A stretch of DNA of 64,000 bases from an uncultured Gemmatimonadales bacterium (GTDB taxonomy: Bacteria > Gemmatimonadota > Gemmatimonadetes > Gemmatimonadales > GWC2-71-9). The stretch's first letter is position 1. Each line of letters starts with the position of its first letter. This document shows positions 1 through 13,549 of this stretch, one piece after another. The translations under genes and the position numbers were made by a program. The stretch is from positions 96,001-160,000 of the forward strand of contig CAWHFW010000001.1 in assembly GCA_963828735.1 (NCBI GenBank), written 5' to 3'. The notes beneath the pieces are model-generated. The model saw only the letters and a list, made by a program, of their open reading frames with translations. It made no database searches and was not told the DNA's origin.

Positions 1-342
1 CGGCCTATCTCTACCGCGCGGAGCGCGCCTGGCCCGGAGCGACTCCCGGTACGCCGGTCGTCGCGTTCGTGAGCGCCCGCCTCCCGCGGCGAGGGAAACG
101 CCGGAGCGTTCGTGCCCGACGCCGCCGTCGTCCAGTGGGACGGGCTCGCTTGGGCGTATCGCGCGCGCGGGTCCGATCGGTTCGAGCGGGTGCGCGTCGG
201 GACGGACCGTCCGGCTCCCGGCGGCTGGATCGTGGACGCGCCGCTCGCGCCGGGGGACTCGGTAGTCGTGCGCGGTGCCGAGGAGCTCCTGTCCGAGGAG
301 TTCCGCGCCCGAGTCACCGTAGGCGACGAGTCGGGCGAGTGA
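1..342 (+). CDS. RND efflux periplasmic adaptor (CzcB/CusB-like), 5'-truncated by window edge, one apparent +1 indel near 75-100
   Basis: C-terminal VPDAAVV...FERVRV...GDSVVVRGAEELLSEE is typical of membrane fusion proteins; lies directly upstream of a CzcA-type gene. Confidence 0.75.
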
Positions 343-358
343 GCCCGGCGTCACGCGC

Positions 359-3300
359 ATGCTGACCGGGCTCGTCCGGCAGTCGATCCGTCATCGCGGC
401 GTCGTCATCGGCCTCGCGCTCGCGCTGATAGTCTACGGCGCGGGCGTGGTCGCGAACGCCCGTCTCGACGTCTTCCCGGAGTTCGCCCCACCGCAGGTCT
501 CCATCCAGACCGAGGCGCCCGGGCTCTCGCCCGAGCAGGTCGAGGTGCTCGTCACCAAGCCGCTCGAGGATGCCATCAACGGCGTGGAGGGCATCGCCGC
601 CGTCCGCTCGCAGTCGATCCAGGGCCTCTCCGTCATCACCGCCGTCCTCGCGGAGCACGAGGACATCTATCGTGCGCGACAGGCGCTCGCCGAGCGGCTG
701 GTGGAGGCGACGGGCCGGCTGCCCGCCACCGTCGAGCCGCCGGTCCTGACGCCGCTGACGTCCTCCTCGAGCACGGTCCTCGTCGTCGGCGTGACCTCGA
801 CCACGCGATCGCTGATGGAGCAGCGCACGTTCGTGGACTGGGTCATGCGGCCACGCCTGCTCGCGACGCCGGGGGTGTCGAAGGTCGCCGTGTTCGGCGG
901 CGAGGTCCGCGAGCTCCAGGTGCAGCTCGACCCCGAGCGGCTGCAGGCTCTACGGCGTCGGCGTCGGAGGAGGTGGCGGAGGCGGCGCGCCAGGCGACCG
1001 GCGTTCGCGGCGCCGGCGTTATCGACGGCGCCAATCAGCGCATCACGGTGCGAGCGGAAGGGCAGGCGGTCACGCCGGACGCGCTCGCGCAGGCAGTCGT
1101 GCGCGAGCGGGACGGATCCGTGCTCCGGCTCGCCGATCTCGGCCGGGTGGTCGGAGGCGCCCGCGACGCGGTTCGGCGAGGGAGGCGTGGACGGCCGGCG
1201 CGGGCTCGTGATCGTCGTCTCGGCGCAGCTCGGCGCGAACACGAAGGTCGTGGCAGAGCGCGCCGAGGCGGCGCTCGCGCGACTGGAGCCCAGGCATGCG
1301 CGCGCAGGGCCTCACGCTTCGGCCCGACATCTTCCGGCCGTCGGAGTTCATCGACCTCGCGCTCCGCAACATCGTCACCTCGCTTCTGCTCGGCGCGGTG
1401 CTCGTGGCGGTGGTGCTGCTGATCTTTCTCTCCGACGTGGGCGCCGCGGCCATTTCGCTCACGGCGATCCCGCTGTCGCTGCTCGCCGCCCTCATCGTGC
1501 TCGATCGGCTCGGCTTCGGCATCAACACGCTCACGCTGGGCGGCCTGGCCATCGCGCTCGGCGAGGTGGTGGACGACGCGATCATCGACGTCGAGAACAT
1601 CGCGCGGCGGCTGCGCGAGAATCGCCGGTCCCGCCGAGCCGCGGAGCGCGGCGCGCGTCGTGCTCGAGGCGTCGCTCGAGGTCCGGAGCAGCGTCGTGTA
1701 CGCCACGTTCGTGGTGGCGCTGGTATTCGTCCCGGTCCTCACCTTGACCGGGGTGCAGGGCGCCTTGTTCCGGCCGCTCGGACTGGCGTACATCCTGGCG
1801 ATCCTCGCCTCGCTGCTGGTGGCGCTCACGGTCACGCCGGCGCTGACGCTGCTGCTCCTCGGCGGCCGCGGTCACCGGGCTCACGAATCGGTCCCGCTGG
1901 CCTGGCTCAAGGCACGCTACGCCCGAGCGCTCCACTGGCTCGCCGACCGGCCCGGCACGGTGGGCGCGGTCGCGGCGCTCGTCTGTGTCGCGGCGGTGGC
2001 GACGCTGCCGTTCTTCGGCGCCACGTTCCTCCCGGAGTTCCGCGAGGGTCACTATCTGGTCCACATGTCGGCCGTGCCGGGCACGTCGCTCGACGAGTCC
2101 TTTCGCCTCGGGGCGCAGGTGACCGAGGCGCTCAAGCGCGACCCGAGAGTCCGCGCGGTCGCGCAGCGAATCGGCCGTGCGGAGCTCTCGGAAGACACCT
2201 GGGGCACGCACTACACCGAGTTCGAGGTGGATCTGGTGCCGTTGACCGGTCGGGCGGCCGAAACCGTGCAGGACGACCTGCGGCGAATCCTCGCGACGTT
2301 CCCGGGCGTCAACTTCGCCATCCGGGGGTTCCTCGCCGAGCGCATTGAGGAGACGCTCACCGGCTCCACGGCCGAGCTGGTGGTGCGCGTGTACGGTGAC
2401 GATCTCGACAGCCTCGACGTCGCGGCCCGGCGGGTGGCCGAGGCGCTCGCGCGGACGCCCGGCGCCACCGATGTGCAATACGACCCGCCGCCGGTCGCGC
2501 CGGACGTCACCGTGCGCCTCCGGCCGGACGACCTCCCGCTCTACGGCCTCCGCGCCGACGCGGTGCTCTCCACGATCGAGACGGCGACCCGCGGCGCGAG
2601 GGTCGCCCAGACGTTCGAGGGCAACCGCGCGACGGACGTCGTGGTGACCCTCATGCCCGAGCACCGCGCCCGGCCCGAGGACCTGCTGGCGCTGCCCGTC
2701 ACGTCGGCGAGCGGGCGTCAGGTCGAGCTTGGGCGCATCGCCGACATCGCGCGCACCACCGGCCGTTTCGTGATCGCCCATGTAGGCGCGCGCCGCGTGC
2801 AGACGGTCACGGCCAACGTGAGCGGCAGGGACCCCGAAGGGGTCACGCGCGACTTCGAGGAGAGCCTGGGCCGGAGCACGGTGCTGCCGGCGGGTGTCTA
2901 TGCGGAAGTCGGCGGCACCGGCACCGCGCAGCGAGCCGCTCGGCGCGAGCTCCTGCGCGACAGCCTGCTCGCGGCCGCCGGAATCGTGATGCTGCTCTGG
3001 GTCGCGTTCGGCGAGTCGAGCCGGTTGCTCCTCGTGCTCGCGAACCTGCCGTTCGCGCTCGTCGGAGGCGTCCTCGCGGTGTTCGCGACCGGTGGGTTGT
3101 TGAGCCTGGGCTCGCTGGTGGGCTTCGTTACGCTGTTCGGCATCGCCACGCGAAACGCGGTGATGCTGATCTCGCACTACGACCATCTCGTCGCGGTGGA
3201 GGGCGCGCTCTGGGGACGCGACGCGGCGATTCGCGGGGCGCTGGAGCGCCTGGGGCCCATCCTGATGACCGCGCTGGTGACCGCGCTGGGACTCTTGCCG

Positions 3301-3459
3301 CTGGCGCTCGGCAGCGGCGATCCCGGCCGCGAGATCGAGGGTCCAATGGCCATCGTGATTCTCGGCGGGCTTCTCACGTCCACCGCGCTCAGCCTGTTCG
3401 TGCTGCCGCCACTCGCGCTTCGATTCGGCCGGTTCGATCGAGCGGTGGTGGAGGAGTAG
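359..3459 (+). CDS. CusA/CzcA-family heavy-metal RND transporter, split over several frames by five single-base insertions (~947, ~966, ~1153, ~1291, ~1631)
   Basis: Segments [70 protein letters not shown] and [16 protein letters not shown] join into one ~1030 aa RND permease. Confidence 0.9.
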
Positions 3460-3465
3460 GCACCC

Positions 3466-5181
3466 TCAGGTCGGAATCTCGGCGCTCGCCGGATCCGTCG
3501 CCTCGAAGACACGTCCCAGCCACCGCAGCATCGCTGCCACCTCGACCGCGATGCCGCCGAGCAACACCACGACACTCGGCACGATCGCCCACCAGCCGAT
3601 TTCGCCCCGCGCGAGGGTGAACAGTGCCATCGCAAGCCCTGCCGGGACGGCCAACGCCACGCCCAGCAAGGCGGTGTATCCGACGATCATGAGCATGTTC
3701 TGCCCCAGCGCCTCGACGCCGCCGGGCCGGCCGCTGCCGAGGTGGACCCAGGTGGGGTAGAGCAGGGCCGCGCCGTTCTGGATCAGGAGGCCGAGGTAGT
3801 TGATGCCCGGGAGGCAGGCGAGGGCGGTCACCAGCGCCGCAGTCCGCGTCGTGAGGTCCGGCTCCATGCCGACGTTGCCCAGGAAGGCGAAGTAGGCCAC
3901 GAGCAGCAGCCCGATCTGGAGCGCGGTAAGGACCACGGCGGAGGCGGCTGTTTCGGCGGCCACCACCGCGCGTCCCGCGAGGGGGTAGCTCCGCAGCATG
4001 TCAAGCTTGAGCAGGTCGCTGCGAAGATCGTTTCGAATCCACTGCGGACCGATCACGATCGCGAGCCCGGCCCAGGTCGCGGCGAGCCACCCGACCACCT
4101 CGGCGACGGCCCCGACGACCTGGAACGACGACAACCCCGCCAGAACCGCCGCGACGAGGATGGCCATCGCGATGTTCCGCGCGCGCCGGGTGCGCACGAC
4201 CGCGAGCAGGTTTTTCCAGAGTATCGCGCCCGCCGGCCAGCCGATGGGCGCGAGGCGCAGCAGGGCAGGCGGCTTGCGGTGCGCGAGGGGCGGCATCGCC
4301 GGCCCGCGGGAGGCCGCGCGCCGCGCGCGCAGCAGGGACGCTTCGGCGGCCGCTTCCTCGAACGCGGTGTCCGCCCGGATGACCCAGACATAGTGAAGCA
4401 CCAGCAGCCCGAGCGCGGGGCCGACCGCGCGTAGCCAATCGCCGAGGGTGTGCGCGGCCAGCGGCCGCACCATCGCGCGAAACGGCGCGAGCAGCACCCG
4501 GGGGACCGGTCTGGTGGACGCGTCGGCCAGGGCATCGAGAAAGGTGGTCAGTCCGCCCGCCCAGCCCGCGGCGAGGTCAGGCAACGCATCCTGGACGCTC
4601 CACACCAGCCCGACCAGCAGGACGCCCAGCAGTGCGAGCGACACGAGCCGGTGGCGCAGGGCGATGCGCCCATGCTCGAGCAGACTGGTGCGCACGAAGG
4701 ATGCGCCCAGGCGGTGGAAGGAGATCGTCGTGAGCAGGACCCAGATCGACAGCGCGCGGAGCCACGGCGAGGCCCCGAAGCGCTCGCGCGCGAGGATAAG
4801 CGTCCAGAGGAGCGAGTTGAAGAGGATGACGACCTGGTTTCTCAGCAGCTTGTACTGGACGAGGCCGCGTCGTGTCACGGGTCCCGAGAAGAGGAACGTG
4901 ACCTCGGCGGGACTGAAGGCGAGCACGCGGCGCTCGACGCCGAACACCCAGCCCCAGAGCAGCGCGCCGACCACTCCGATCGCGCCCATGAGCTCCAGCC
5001 ACCGGGCACCGACCAGGACCTGGGGTGGCCGGTCGGGCCGCTGCTCCACCGACACGATCCACAGGTACGAGAGCCCAAGCACCAGCGCTGCCAGATAGCG
5101 CGGGCTCCGGAGCTGGCGGACCTGCCGCGCGATGCGATTGTACGTGGAGCGCCACGCCAGGTAGGTGAAGACCCGGATCAC
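3466..5181 (-). CDS. Putative ABC exporter permease (multi-TM)
   Basis: Many hydrophobic helices; motif FSPAEVTFLFSGPVTRRGLVQYKL; GTG start overlaps the stop of the ABC ATPase. Confidence 0.75.
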   Translation of the reverse strand: MIRVFTYLAWRSTYNRIARQVRQLRSPRYLAALVLGLSYLWIVSVEQRPDRPPQVLVGARWLELMGAIGVVGALLWGWVFGVERRVLAFSPAEVTFLFSGPVTRRGLVQYKLLRNQVVILFNSLLWTLILARERFGASPWLRALSIWVLLTTISFHRLGASFVRTSLLEHGRIALRHRLVSLALLGVLLVGLVWSVQDALPDLAAGWAGGLTTFLDALADASTRPVPRVLLAPFRAMVRPLAAHTLGDWLRAVGPALGLLVLHYVWVIRADTAFEEAAAEASLLRARRAASRGPAMPPLAHRKPPALLRLAPIGWPAGAILWKNLLAVVRTRRARNIAMAILVAAVLAGLSSFQVVGAVAEVVGWLAATWAGLAIVIGPQWIRNDLRSDLLKLDMLRSYPLAGRAVVAAETAASAVVLTALQIGLLLVAYFAFLGNVGMEPDLTTRTAALVTALACLPGINYLGLLIQNGAALLYPTWVHLGSGRPGGVEALGQNMLMIVGYTALLGVALAVPAGLAMALFTLARGEIGWWAIVPSVVVLLGGIAVEVAAMLRWLGRVFEATDPASAEIPT

Positions 5182-5915
5182 TCCCGCGCTCCGCCCTCTG
5201 GAGTGATGAGCGCCAGGAACACGTCCTCGAGGCGACGGCCGCTCAACGCCGGCCGGCTCGCGACGATCTCGGCCACGGTGCCGAGCGCCACGGCCTGTCC
5301 GCGGTTCATGACGAGGATACGCGTGCAGATCTCTTCGACCAGGTGCAGCAGGTGCGAGCTCAAGATCACCGCCGCGCCGGCCCCGGCGCGGCGGACGATC
5401 GTTGCCTTCATCCGGCGAATGCCCACGGGGTCGAGGCCGGTGAGCGGCTCGTCGAGCAGGAGGGCCCGCGGACCGTGCAGGAGCCCGCACGCGATGGCGA
5501 GCTTCTGCTTCATGCCCCGCGAGAGCTCGCCCGGCAGGGCGGCGCGTTTCTCGCCCAGCTCGAGCTCCTCGAGCAGGATAGGGATGCGCGCGTTGATGTC
5601 GGCCACCTGGTAGAGGCGCCCGACGAAGCGGAGGTGCTCCTCGACGGTGAGGTAGTCAAACAGGTGCGGCTCGTCGGGGATGAAGGCGAGGAGGGATTTC
5701 GCCGCGACCGGCGCCGTGGACAGGTCGTGCCCGCCTATGCGGATCCGCCCGCGTGTCGGAATGATGATCCCCGCGATGCTCCGGATCGTCGTCGTCTTCC
5801 CGGCACCGTTGGGGCCCACCAGGCCGAGCACCTCGCCCGGCTCGACCGAGAAGGTGAGTCCCCGCACGGCCGCGAGCTCGCCATACTGCTTCTCTAGTCC
5901 GTCGACTTCGATCAC
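5178..5915 (-). CDS. ABC transporter ATP-binding protein
   Basis: Walker A GPNGAGKTT, signature LSRGMKQK, Walker B LLLDEP, H-loop SSH. Confidence 0.95.
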   Translation of the reverse strand: MIEVDGLEKQYGELAAVRGLTFSVEPGEVLGLVGPNGAGKTTTIRSIAGIIIPTRGRIRIGGHDLSTAPVAAKSLLAFIPDEPHLFDYLTVEEHLRFVGRLYQVADINARIPILLEELELGEKRAALPGELSRGMKQKLAIACGLLHGPRALLLDEPLTGLDPVGIRRMKATIVRRAGAGAAVILSSHLLHLVEEICTRILVMNRGQAVALGTVAEIVASRPALSGRRLEDVFLALITPEGGARE

Positions 5916-6054
5916 GGCCGCCTCCGGCCAGGGAGGGGGTGCCGGACCGGGGCCGGCGGGTGAAACTTTCGACGGGAGTTGGACGTCTCTCGTTGGAACA
6001 TAGTCCCCTGACGGGGTGTGAATTCCCCGGTGCGGCCCTGGGAGGCCGATCCCT

Positions 6055-6780
6055 ATGCGTAGCTATTGGCTGCGAATCCTGCTGGGCGCCTTTGCCGTGT
6101 TCGCGATCGGCATGCTCGGGATCACGATGGTCCGGCGGGGCCGGAACAAGGTGGAGGCGGTCTTCGCGGGCGCCGGGCCGCTGACCATCCCGACCCCGTT
6201 CGTGCCCTTCCAGCTGGGCGGCGACAAGCTCGGTACGATCGACCACCTCGTGGTCAACCGCGAGGCCCCCAAGAAGGTGTCCTCGATCGAGCTTCAGGTG
6301 AAGCTCGACGACCCGCTGGTCGCCCAGGGTCTGGCCGGGTGCCGGTTGGCGGCCAACGTCGAGTCGGACTCCACGAAGCCGCACGACGTCAACATTCACG
6401 TGAACCGGCTGAACGAGAAGGCCTTCTTCTTCTGCGCCGCCAGCGATTCGGGATTCGAAGAGTTCGGCTCGGTCGTGCTCATCCCGGGCGACATCACGCT
6501 GCCGCTGCTCGTGCCCGAATCGCTCGCCGGGCAGCTCCGGAGCGGCCACTGGTCGGACGACGACGACTCGACGGCGGACGCGATGGCCGAACGGGCGGAG
6601 TCGATCGCGGACCGCGCGCAGGAGATTGCGGATTCCGCTGCGGAGCAGGGCCAGCACGACGCGGCGATCGCGATTGCGCACTCGAAGCTGGGGGATTCGC
6701 TGCGCGCGGAAGGCAAGCGCCGCGCGGACTCGCTGCACAAGGCGCTCGGTCGGATGGCGGACTCGGCGAAGCCGCGCTAG
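6055..6780 (+). CDS. Hypothetical membrane-anchored protein (N-terminal TM, beta-rich middle, helical C-terminus)
   Basis: GGGAGG RBS before ATG; coding-like codon pattern; N-terminal TM segment. Confidence 0.7.
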   Translation: MRSYWLRILLGAFAVFAIGMLGITMVRRGRNKVEAVFAGAGPLTIPTPFVPFQLGGDKLGTIDHLVVNREAPKKVSSIELQVKLDDPLVAQGLAGCRLAANVESDSTKPHDVNIHVNRLNEKAFFFCAASDSGFEEFGSVVLIPGDITLPLLVPESLAGQLRSGHWSDDDDSTADAMAERAESIADRAQEIADSAAEQGQHDAAIAIAHSKLGDSLRAEGKRRADSLHKALGRMADSAKPR

Positions 6781-6791
6781 CTTCGGGAACG

Positions 6792-7394
6792 ATGCTTCTC
6801 GTCCTCGACAACTACGACAGCTTCACCTACAACCTCGTTCAGTACGCCGGTGAGCTCGGCGCGGAGCCGGTGGTCTACCGGAACGACGCGCTGAGTGTCG
6901 AGGCCGCACTGGCGCTCGATCCCGCAGCCATCGTCATCTCACCCGGACCATGCACCCCCCGCGAAGCCGGCATCAGCGTGCCCCTCGTCCGCGCCGCCGC
7001 GGCGGCCGGCGTGCCAGTGCTCGGCGTCTGCCTGGGTCACCAGGCTATCGGGGAAGCGTTCGGCGGCCAGGTCGTGCGCGCGGACCGCCTCATGCACGGC
7101 AAGACGACGATGGTGGCTCACACCGGTCATGCGGTCTTCGAGGGCCTGCCTTCGCCGTTCGAGGCGATGCGCTACCACTCGCTGGTCGTGGCGCCGGAGC
7201 GGATGCCGGCGGAGCTGGAGGTGACAGCCTGGTCCTCGGACCGCACGCCCGGCAGTGAGGTCATGGCTGTCTGTCACCGTACACTCCCGGTGTACGGCGT
7301 CCAGTTCCACCCGGAGTCCGTCGGCACCGGTCACGGGAAGCGCATTCTGGCGAATTTCCTTTCCGCAGCAATGGTTCCGCTCTCACCCGTCTGA
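6792..7394 (+). CDS. Anthranilate/aminodeoxychorismate synthase component II (glutamine amidotransferase, TrpG/PabA)
   Basis: [43 protein letters not shown]. Confidence 0.95.
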   Translation: MLLVLDNYDSFTYNLVQYAGELGAEPVVYRNDALSVEAALALDPAAIVISPGPCTPREAGISVPLVRAAAAAGVPVLGVCLGHQAIGEAFGGQVVRADRLMHGKTTMVAHTGHAVFEGLPSPFEAMRYHSLVVAPERMPAELEVTAWSSDRTPGSEVMAVCHRTLPVYGVQFHPESVGTGHGKRILANFLSAAMVPLSPV

Positions 7395-7397
7395 TCG

Positions 7398-9614
7398 ATG
7401 CGCGCTCGCATCCTCGGATTCGGCCTCGCGGCTCTCGTCGGATGCGGAAAGGATGACGAGTCCGCCCCTCCCCCGACCGTCGGCACTATCGAGATCTCGC
7501 CCTCCTCACCTACGCTCCCGGCCGGTGCTACCCTACAGCTCGCCGCTACACTGAAAGACGCGGACGGAAACGTCCTCAGCAGCCGGACCGTCACCTGGGC
7601 GTCCACCGTCCCCGGGGTGGCCGACGTGTCCACGGGCGGCTTGCTCGGTGCTCACGCAGCTGGACAGGCCACGATCAGCGCCACCGCCGACGGGGTGAGC
7701 GGGACCACGGCGGTCACCGTGCTGACATCGGTGGTCTCCGTGGTCGTCGCGCCCACTCCTGCGGCCGTCGCCCCGACGCGGGTAGTTCAGCTCACCGCCG
7801 TGCTTCGGGATGAAGCGGGCGACATCCTGGCTGATCGGGCGATTGCGTGGAGCAGCTCGGCGCCGGCGATCGCAACCGTCGACGCCGATGGGCTCGTCAC
7901 GGGCGTAACAGCGGGAACGGCGACCATTACCGCGACGGCCGAGGGAGTGCTGGGCAATAGCGTGGTCGTGGTGGATCCGGCCGCCGCGGTTGCGACGGTC
8001 GAGGTTGCGCCGCCGGCCGTGATCGTCTCGCAGCATGGAACCGTGCAGCTCACGGCCACGGCGCGGAACGCCGCGAACGAGGTGCTCCTCGGCCATCCCG
8101 TGCAGTGGGCAAGCGGCGACGACGGCAAGGTCTCGATCTCATCTACGGGCCTTGTTGAGGGACTGGCCGTGGGCGGCCCGATCACGGTAACCGCCGCTGC
8201 CGAGGGGATCTTTGGCACCGCCTTGGTGACCATCACCGCTCCCGCAGTCGCCTCCGTGACGCTGACGCCGGGCGATCTCACCTTCGTCCCGGGCGGCGCG
8301 CTACACTTCGTCGCGCAGGTGCGGGACATCAGCGGCAACATCCTCACCGACCGGACCGTCGCCTGGAGCAGCTCGGCGCCGAGCGTCGTCTCGATCGGCA
8401 CGGCGCTGCCCTTCGATCCGGATGCGGGCTACCCGGTGACCGTGACGGGCCTATCCGAGGGTTCGAGCACGCTCACCGCCACTGTGGACGGCGTATCCGG
8501 AGACGCCACCCTCACCGTCCAGCGTGTCTCGTTCGCGAGTGTCTCCGTGGGACACACGCTGACCTGCGCCCTCGACACGGGAGGACGCGCCTTCTGCTGG
8601 GGCACGGGAGGAACCGGAGAGCTCGGGGCGGGTGACATCCCTGGCCTGGACGGAAACCAGGATGCTCCTCTCCTCGCGCAGCCTTCACTCGTGTTCAGTG
8701 CGGTATCCGTGGGCGGGGGATCTCCGTGTGGACTGGCCGTCTCGGGAGAGGGTTGGTGCTGGGGTGCGGCGCTGTTCGGAGGGCTGGGCGTCGACCCGCT
8801 GCCCGGCGCGTGCAATCCCAACCTCCCACTCACCCCCTGTTCCACCCAGGCGGTCACGGTCGCGGGTGGCCTCGCCTTCACGCGCCTCACGGCGGGCGGC
8901 ACTGACACGTGCGCGCTGACTTCCGGCGGGGCCGCCTACTGCTGGGGCGCCAACCACTGGGGACAGATCGGCAACGCCGCGAGCAGCATCTGCGCGAGCT
9001 ACCCCTGCAACTTGACGCCGACTCAGGTCGTCGGCGGTCACCTGTTCGAGGAGATCGCGGTTGGCCTGCTCCACGCCTGCGGTCGAATTGCCGACGGATC
9101 CGTGTACTGCTGGGGCAAGAATACGGACGGCCAGCTCGGCAATCCGGCGGCCGGCGAATCGAGCGGCACTCCAATCCTCGTGGCCGGCGGCATCGCGTTC
9201 GCGCACGTCACCGCCGGCGGGAACCACACCTGCGGGCTCGATGGCAACGGCACGGCCTATTGTTGGGGCAGCAACATTTTCGGCGAGCTCGGCACCGGCT
9301 CCTCGAGTCAGAGCGCCGGGAGCCCGCAGGCCGTCTTCGGCGGCATCACCTTCACGTCGATCACCGCCAGCATTTACACCACATGTGGAACGGCCTCGAG
9401 CGGTGCCCGGTGCTGGGGGAGCGGGGACTACGGCACGCTCGGCACCGGGTCGTTGTCCTCGAGCAGCATTCCCGCGCTGGTGAGTGGTGGCCGTGATTTC
9501 ACTACACTCTCGGCCGGAAGCTATCGTACCTGCGGAATCACCGGCGGCGGGCGCCTCCTGTGCTGGCCGGCGGGCGACGTCCTGACCCCTGTCGAAGTCA
9601 TCGGGCAACTGTAG
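7398..9614 (+). CDS. Lipoprotein with about four BIG2 Ig-like repeats and a C-terminal RCC1-like propeller
   Basis: Lipobox LAALVG-C; repeats of 'QLTA..D..G..L..R.V.W.SS..'; repeats of 'CWG.N..G.LG' and 'GG.HTC'. Confidence 0.85.
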   Translation: MRARILGFGLAALVGCGKDDESAPPPTVGTIEISPSSPTLPAGATLQLAATLKDADGNVLSSRTVTWASTVPGVADVSTGGLLGAHAAGQATISATADGVSGTTAVTVLTSVVSVVVAPTPAAVAPTRVVQLTAVLRDEAGDILADRAIAWSSSAPAIATVDADGLVTGVTAGTATITATAEGVLGNSVVVVDPAAAVATVEVAPPAVIVSQHGTVQLTATARNAANEVLLGHPVQWASGDDGKVSISSTGLVEGLAVGGPITVTAAAEGIFGTALVTITAPAVASVTLTPGDLTFVPGGALHFVAQVRDISGNILTDRTVAWSSSAPSVVSIGTALPFDPDAGYPVTVTGLSEGSSTLTATVDGVSGDATLTVQRVSFASVSVGHTLTCALDTGGRAFCWGTGGTGELGAGDIPGLDGNQDAPLLAQPSLVFSAVSVGGGSPCGLAVSGEGWCWGAALFGGLGVDPLPGACNPNLPLTPCSTQAVTVAGGLAFTRLTAGGTDTCALTSGGAAYCWGANHWGQIGNAASSICASYPCNLTPTQVVGGHLFEEIAVGLLHACGRIADGSVYCWGKNTDGQLGNPAAGESSGTPILVAGGIAFAHVTAGGNHTCGLDGNGTAYCWGSNIFGELGTGSSSQSAGSPQAVFGGITFTSITASIYTTCGTASSGARCWGSGDYGTLGTGSLSSSSIPALVSGGRDFTTLSAGSYRTCGITGGGRLLCWPAGDVLTPVEVIGQL

Positions 9615-9758
9615 TCCGCGCCAGTAGCCTGGTCACCATCGATGCTGGCGCCCATCAGTGGCCCGACGATGCAGCAACCGTGATCATCGGACAGTAACTC
9701 ATTGCCGGGCGCGACGATACGGCCACCACCCCGCTGCGCTCGGTCTGCGGCACGCGTT

Positions 9759-9787
9759 TTGACTCGCCTTTCGCACTCGATTACTTT
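9759..9787 (+). promoter_or_regulatory. Sigma70-type promoter for the kdsB operon, probably leaderless
   Basis: TTGACT-N17-TACTTT ending 5 nt before ATG 9793; no Shine-Dalgarno. Confidence 0.6.
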
Positions 9788-9792
9788 TGGTG

Positions 9793-12201
<2,409 letters not shown>

Positions 12202-12202
<1 letters not shown>

Positions 12203-13002
12203 TGGGCTGGACGTTCGCGCGCGCGCCGTTTCTCATCGCGGGGCCATGCGTCGTCGAACCGGGCGACGTGCTTCCGCGAGTCGCGGAAGCGCTGGCGAGA
12301 ATCAGCGCCGCGCGAGGATTGTCGGTGTGTTTCAAGGCGAGCTTCGATAAGGCGAACCGGGCGCGCGGGGACGCGCCGCGCGGCCCCGGCCTCGAAGAGG
12401 GGCTTCGGGTGCTCGAACGGGTGCGCGCGGCGAGCGGCCTTGCCGTGCTGACCGACATCCACGAGTCCGGCCAGGCGGCGCCTGCCGCGGAGGTCGCGGA
12501 CGCGCTCCAGATCCCGGCCTTCCTTTCGCGCCAGACCGACCTGCTCGTGGCCGCGGGGCGCACGGGCCGCCCGGTGAACGTCAAGAAGGGGCAATGGATG
12601 CAGGCGGACGCGATGGCGGGCGCGCTCGACAAGGTGCGGAGCGGCGGCAGCGCGGATGTCGCGGTCACCGAGCGCGGAACCTTCTTCGGCTACGGCGACC
12701 TCGTGGTGGACGTGCGGAATTTCGCGCGGCTTCGCGCGGCCACGGGCGCGCCGGTGATCTTCGACGCGACCCACGCCGTGCAGCAGCCGGGGCAGGGGAC
12801 GGGCGGTGCCAGCGGAGGGCAACGCGAACACATCCCGGCGCTGCTCGCGGCCGCGGCCGTGGCGGGTGCCGACGGCTTCTTCCTCGAGACGCATCCCGAT
12901 CCCGCCACCGCGCTGAGCGACGCGGCCACCCAGTGGCCGCTCGATCGACTGGACGCGTTGGTGGCGCGGACGCTCGATCTGTGGAGGCGGGCGCATGATT
13001 GA
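12202..13002 (+). CDS. kdsA: KDO8P synthase
   Basis: IAGPCVVE, KASFDKANR, QIPAFLSRQTDLL, NVKKGQ, DATHAVQ. Confidence 0.96.
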
Positions 13003-13549
13003 GCCAGCGCTGGCCCGGCGAATCCGCCTCCTCGCGCTGGACGTGGACGGCGTCCTCACCGACAACGGGATCTTCGTGGGCCCGATCGACGGACAGCCGG
13101 TCGAGCTCAAGCGGTTCGACATTCAGGATGGCCTGGGCCTCGTGCTCATGCGGACCGCGGGCATCCCGGTGGTGTGGGTGAGCGGCCGCCACTCCGAGGC
13201 CACGACGGCGAGGGCGCGCGAGCTTCACGTGGACGAGGTGCTGCAGGTCCGCGGGCCCGAGAAGCTCGAAGCGTTCGCGTCGCTGCTCGAGCGGTGGCGA
13301 ATCGGCTGGGCGGAGGCGGCATTCGTCGGCGACGACCTGGCCGACCTGCAGGTGCTGCGGCGGGTCGGGCTTCCCCTGGCGGTCGCGAACGCGGTCGACG
13401 AGGTGAAGGCCGTCGCGGCCTACGTGACGCGGGCCCGCGGGGGACACGGCGCGGTGCGTGAGATCGTCGACGGGCTGCTCAAGGCGCGAGGAGTCTGGGA
13501 AGACCTGCTCGAGCGATACTTCACGGAGCCCGCGATCCGTGCCGTTTGA
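12995..13549 (+). CDS. kdsC: KDO8P phosphatase (HAD family)
   Basis: LDVDGVLTD, FDIQDG, VGDDLAD, GGHGAVRE. Confidence 0.93.
   Translation: MIEPALARRIRLLALDVDGVLTDNGIFVGPIDGQPVELKRFDIQDGLGLVLMRTAGIPVVWVSGRHSEATTARARELHVDEVLQVRGPEKLEAFASLLERWRIGWAEAAFVGDDLADLQVLRRVGLPLAVANAVDEVKAVAAYVTRARGGHGAVREIVDGLLKARGVWEDLLERYFTEPAIRAV

Noticed and set aside
359..3459. Programmed frameshifting or phase variation in the CzcA-like gene
   Set aside because: Too many breaks, runs of only 2-3 nt, and all are insertions: a sequencing-error signature
6066..6791. Long N-terminal extensions in the ORF track (trpG, kdsA, GT2, der, lpxB, etc.)
   Set aside because: They overlap upstream genes in another frame; starts were trimmed to the homology start or stop/start overlap. 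LptB is the exception because its extension overlaps no other gene
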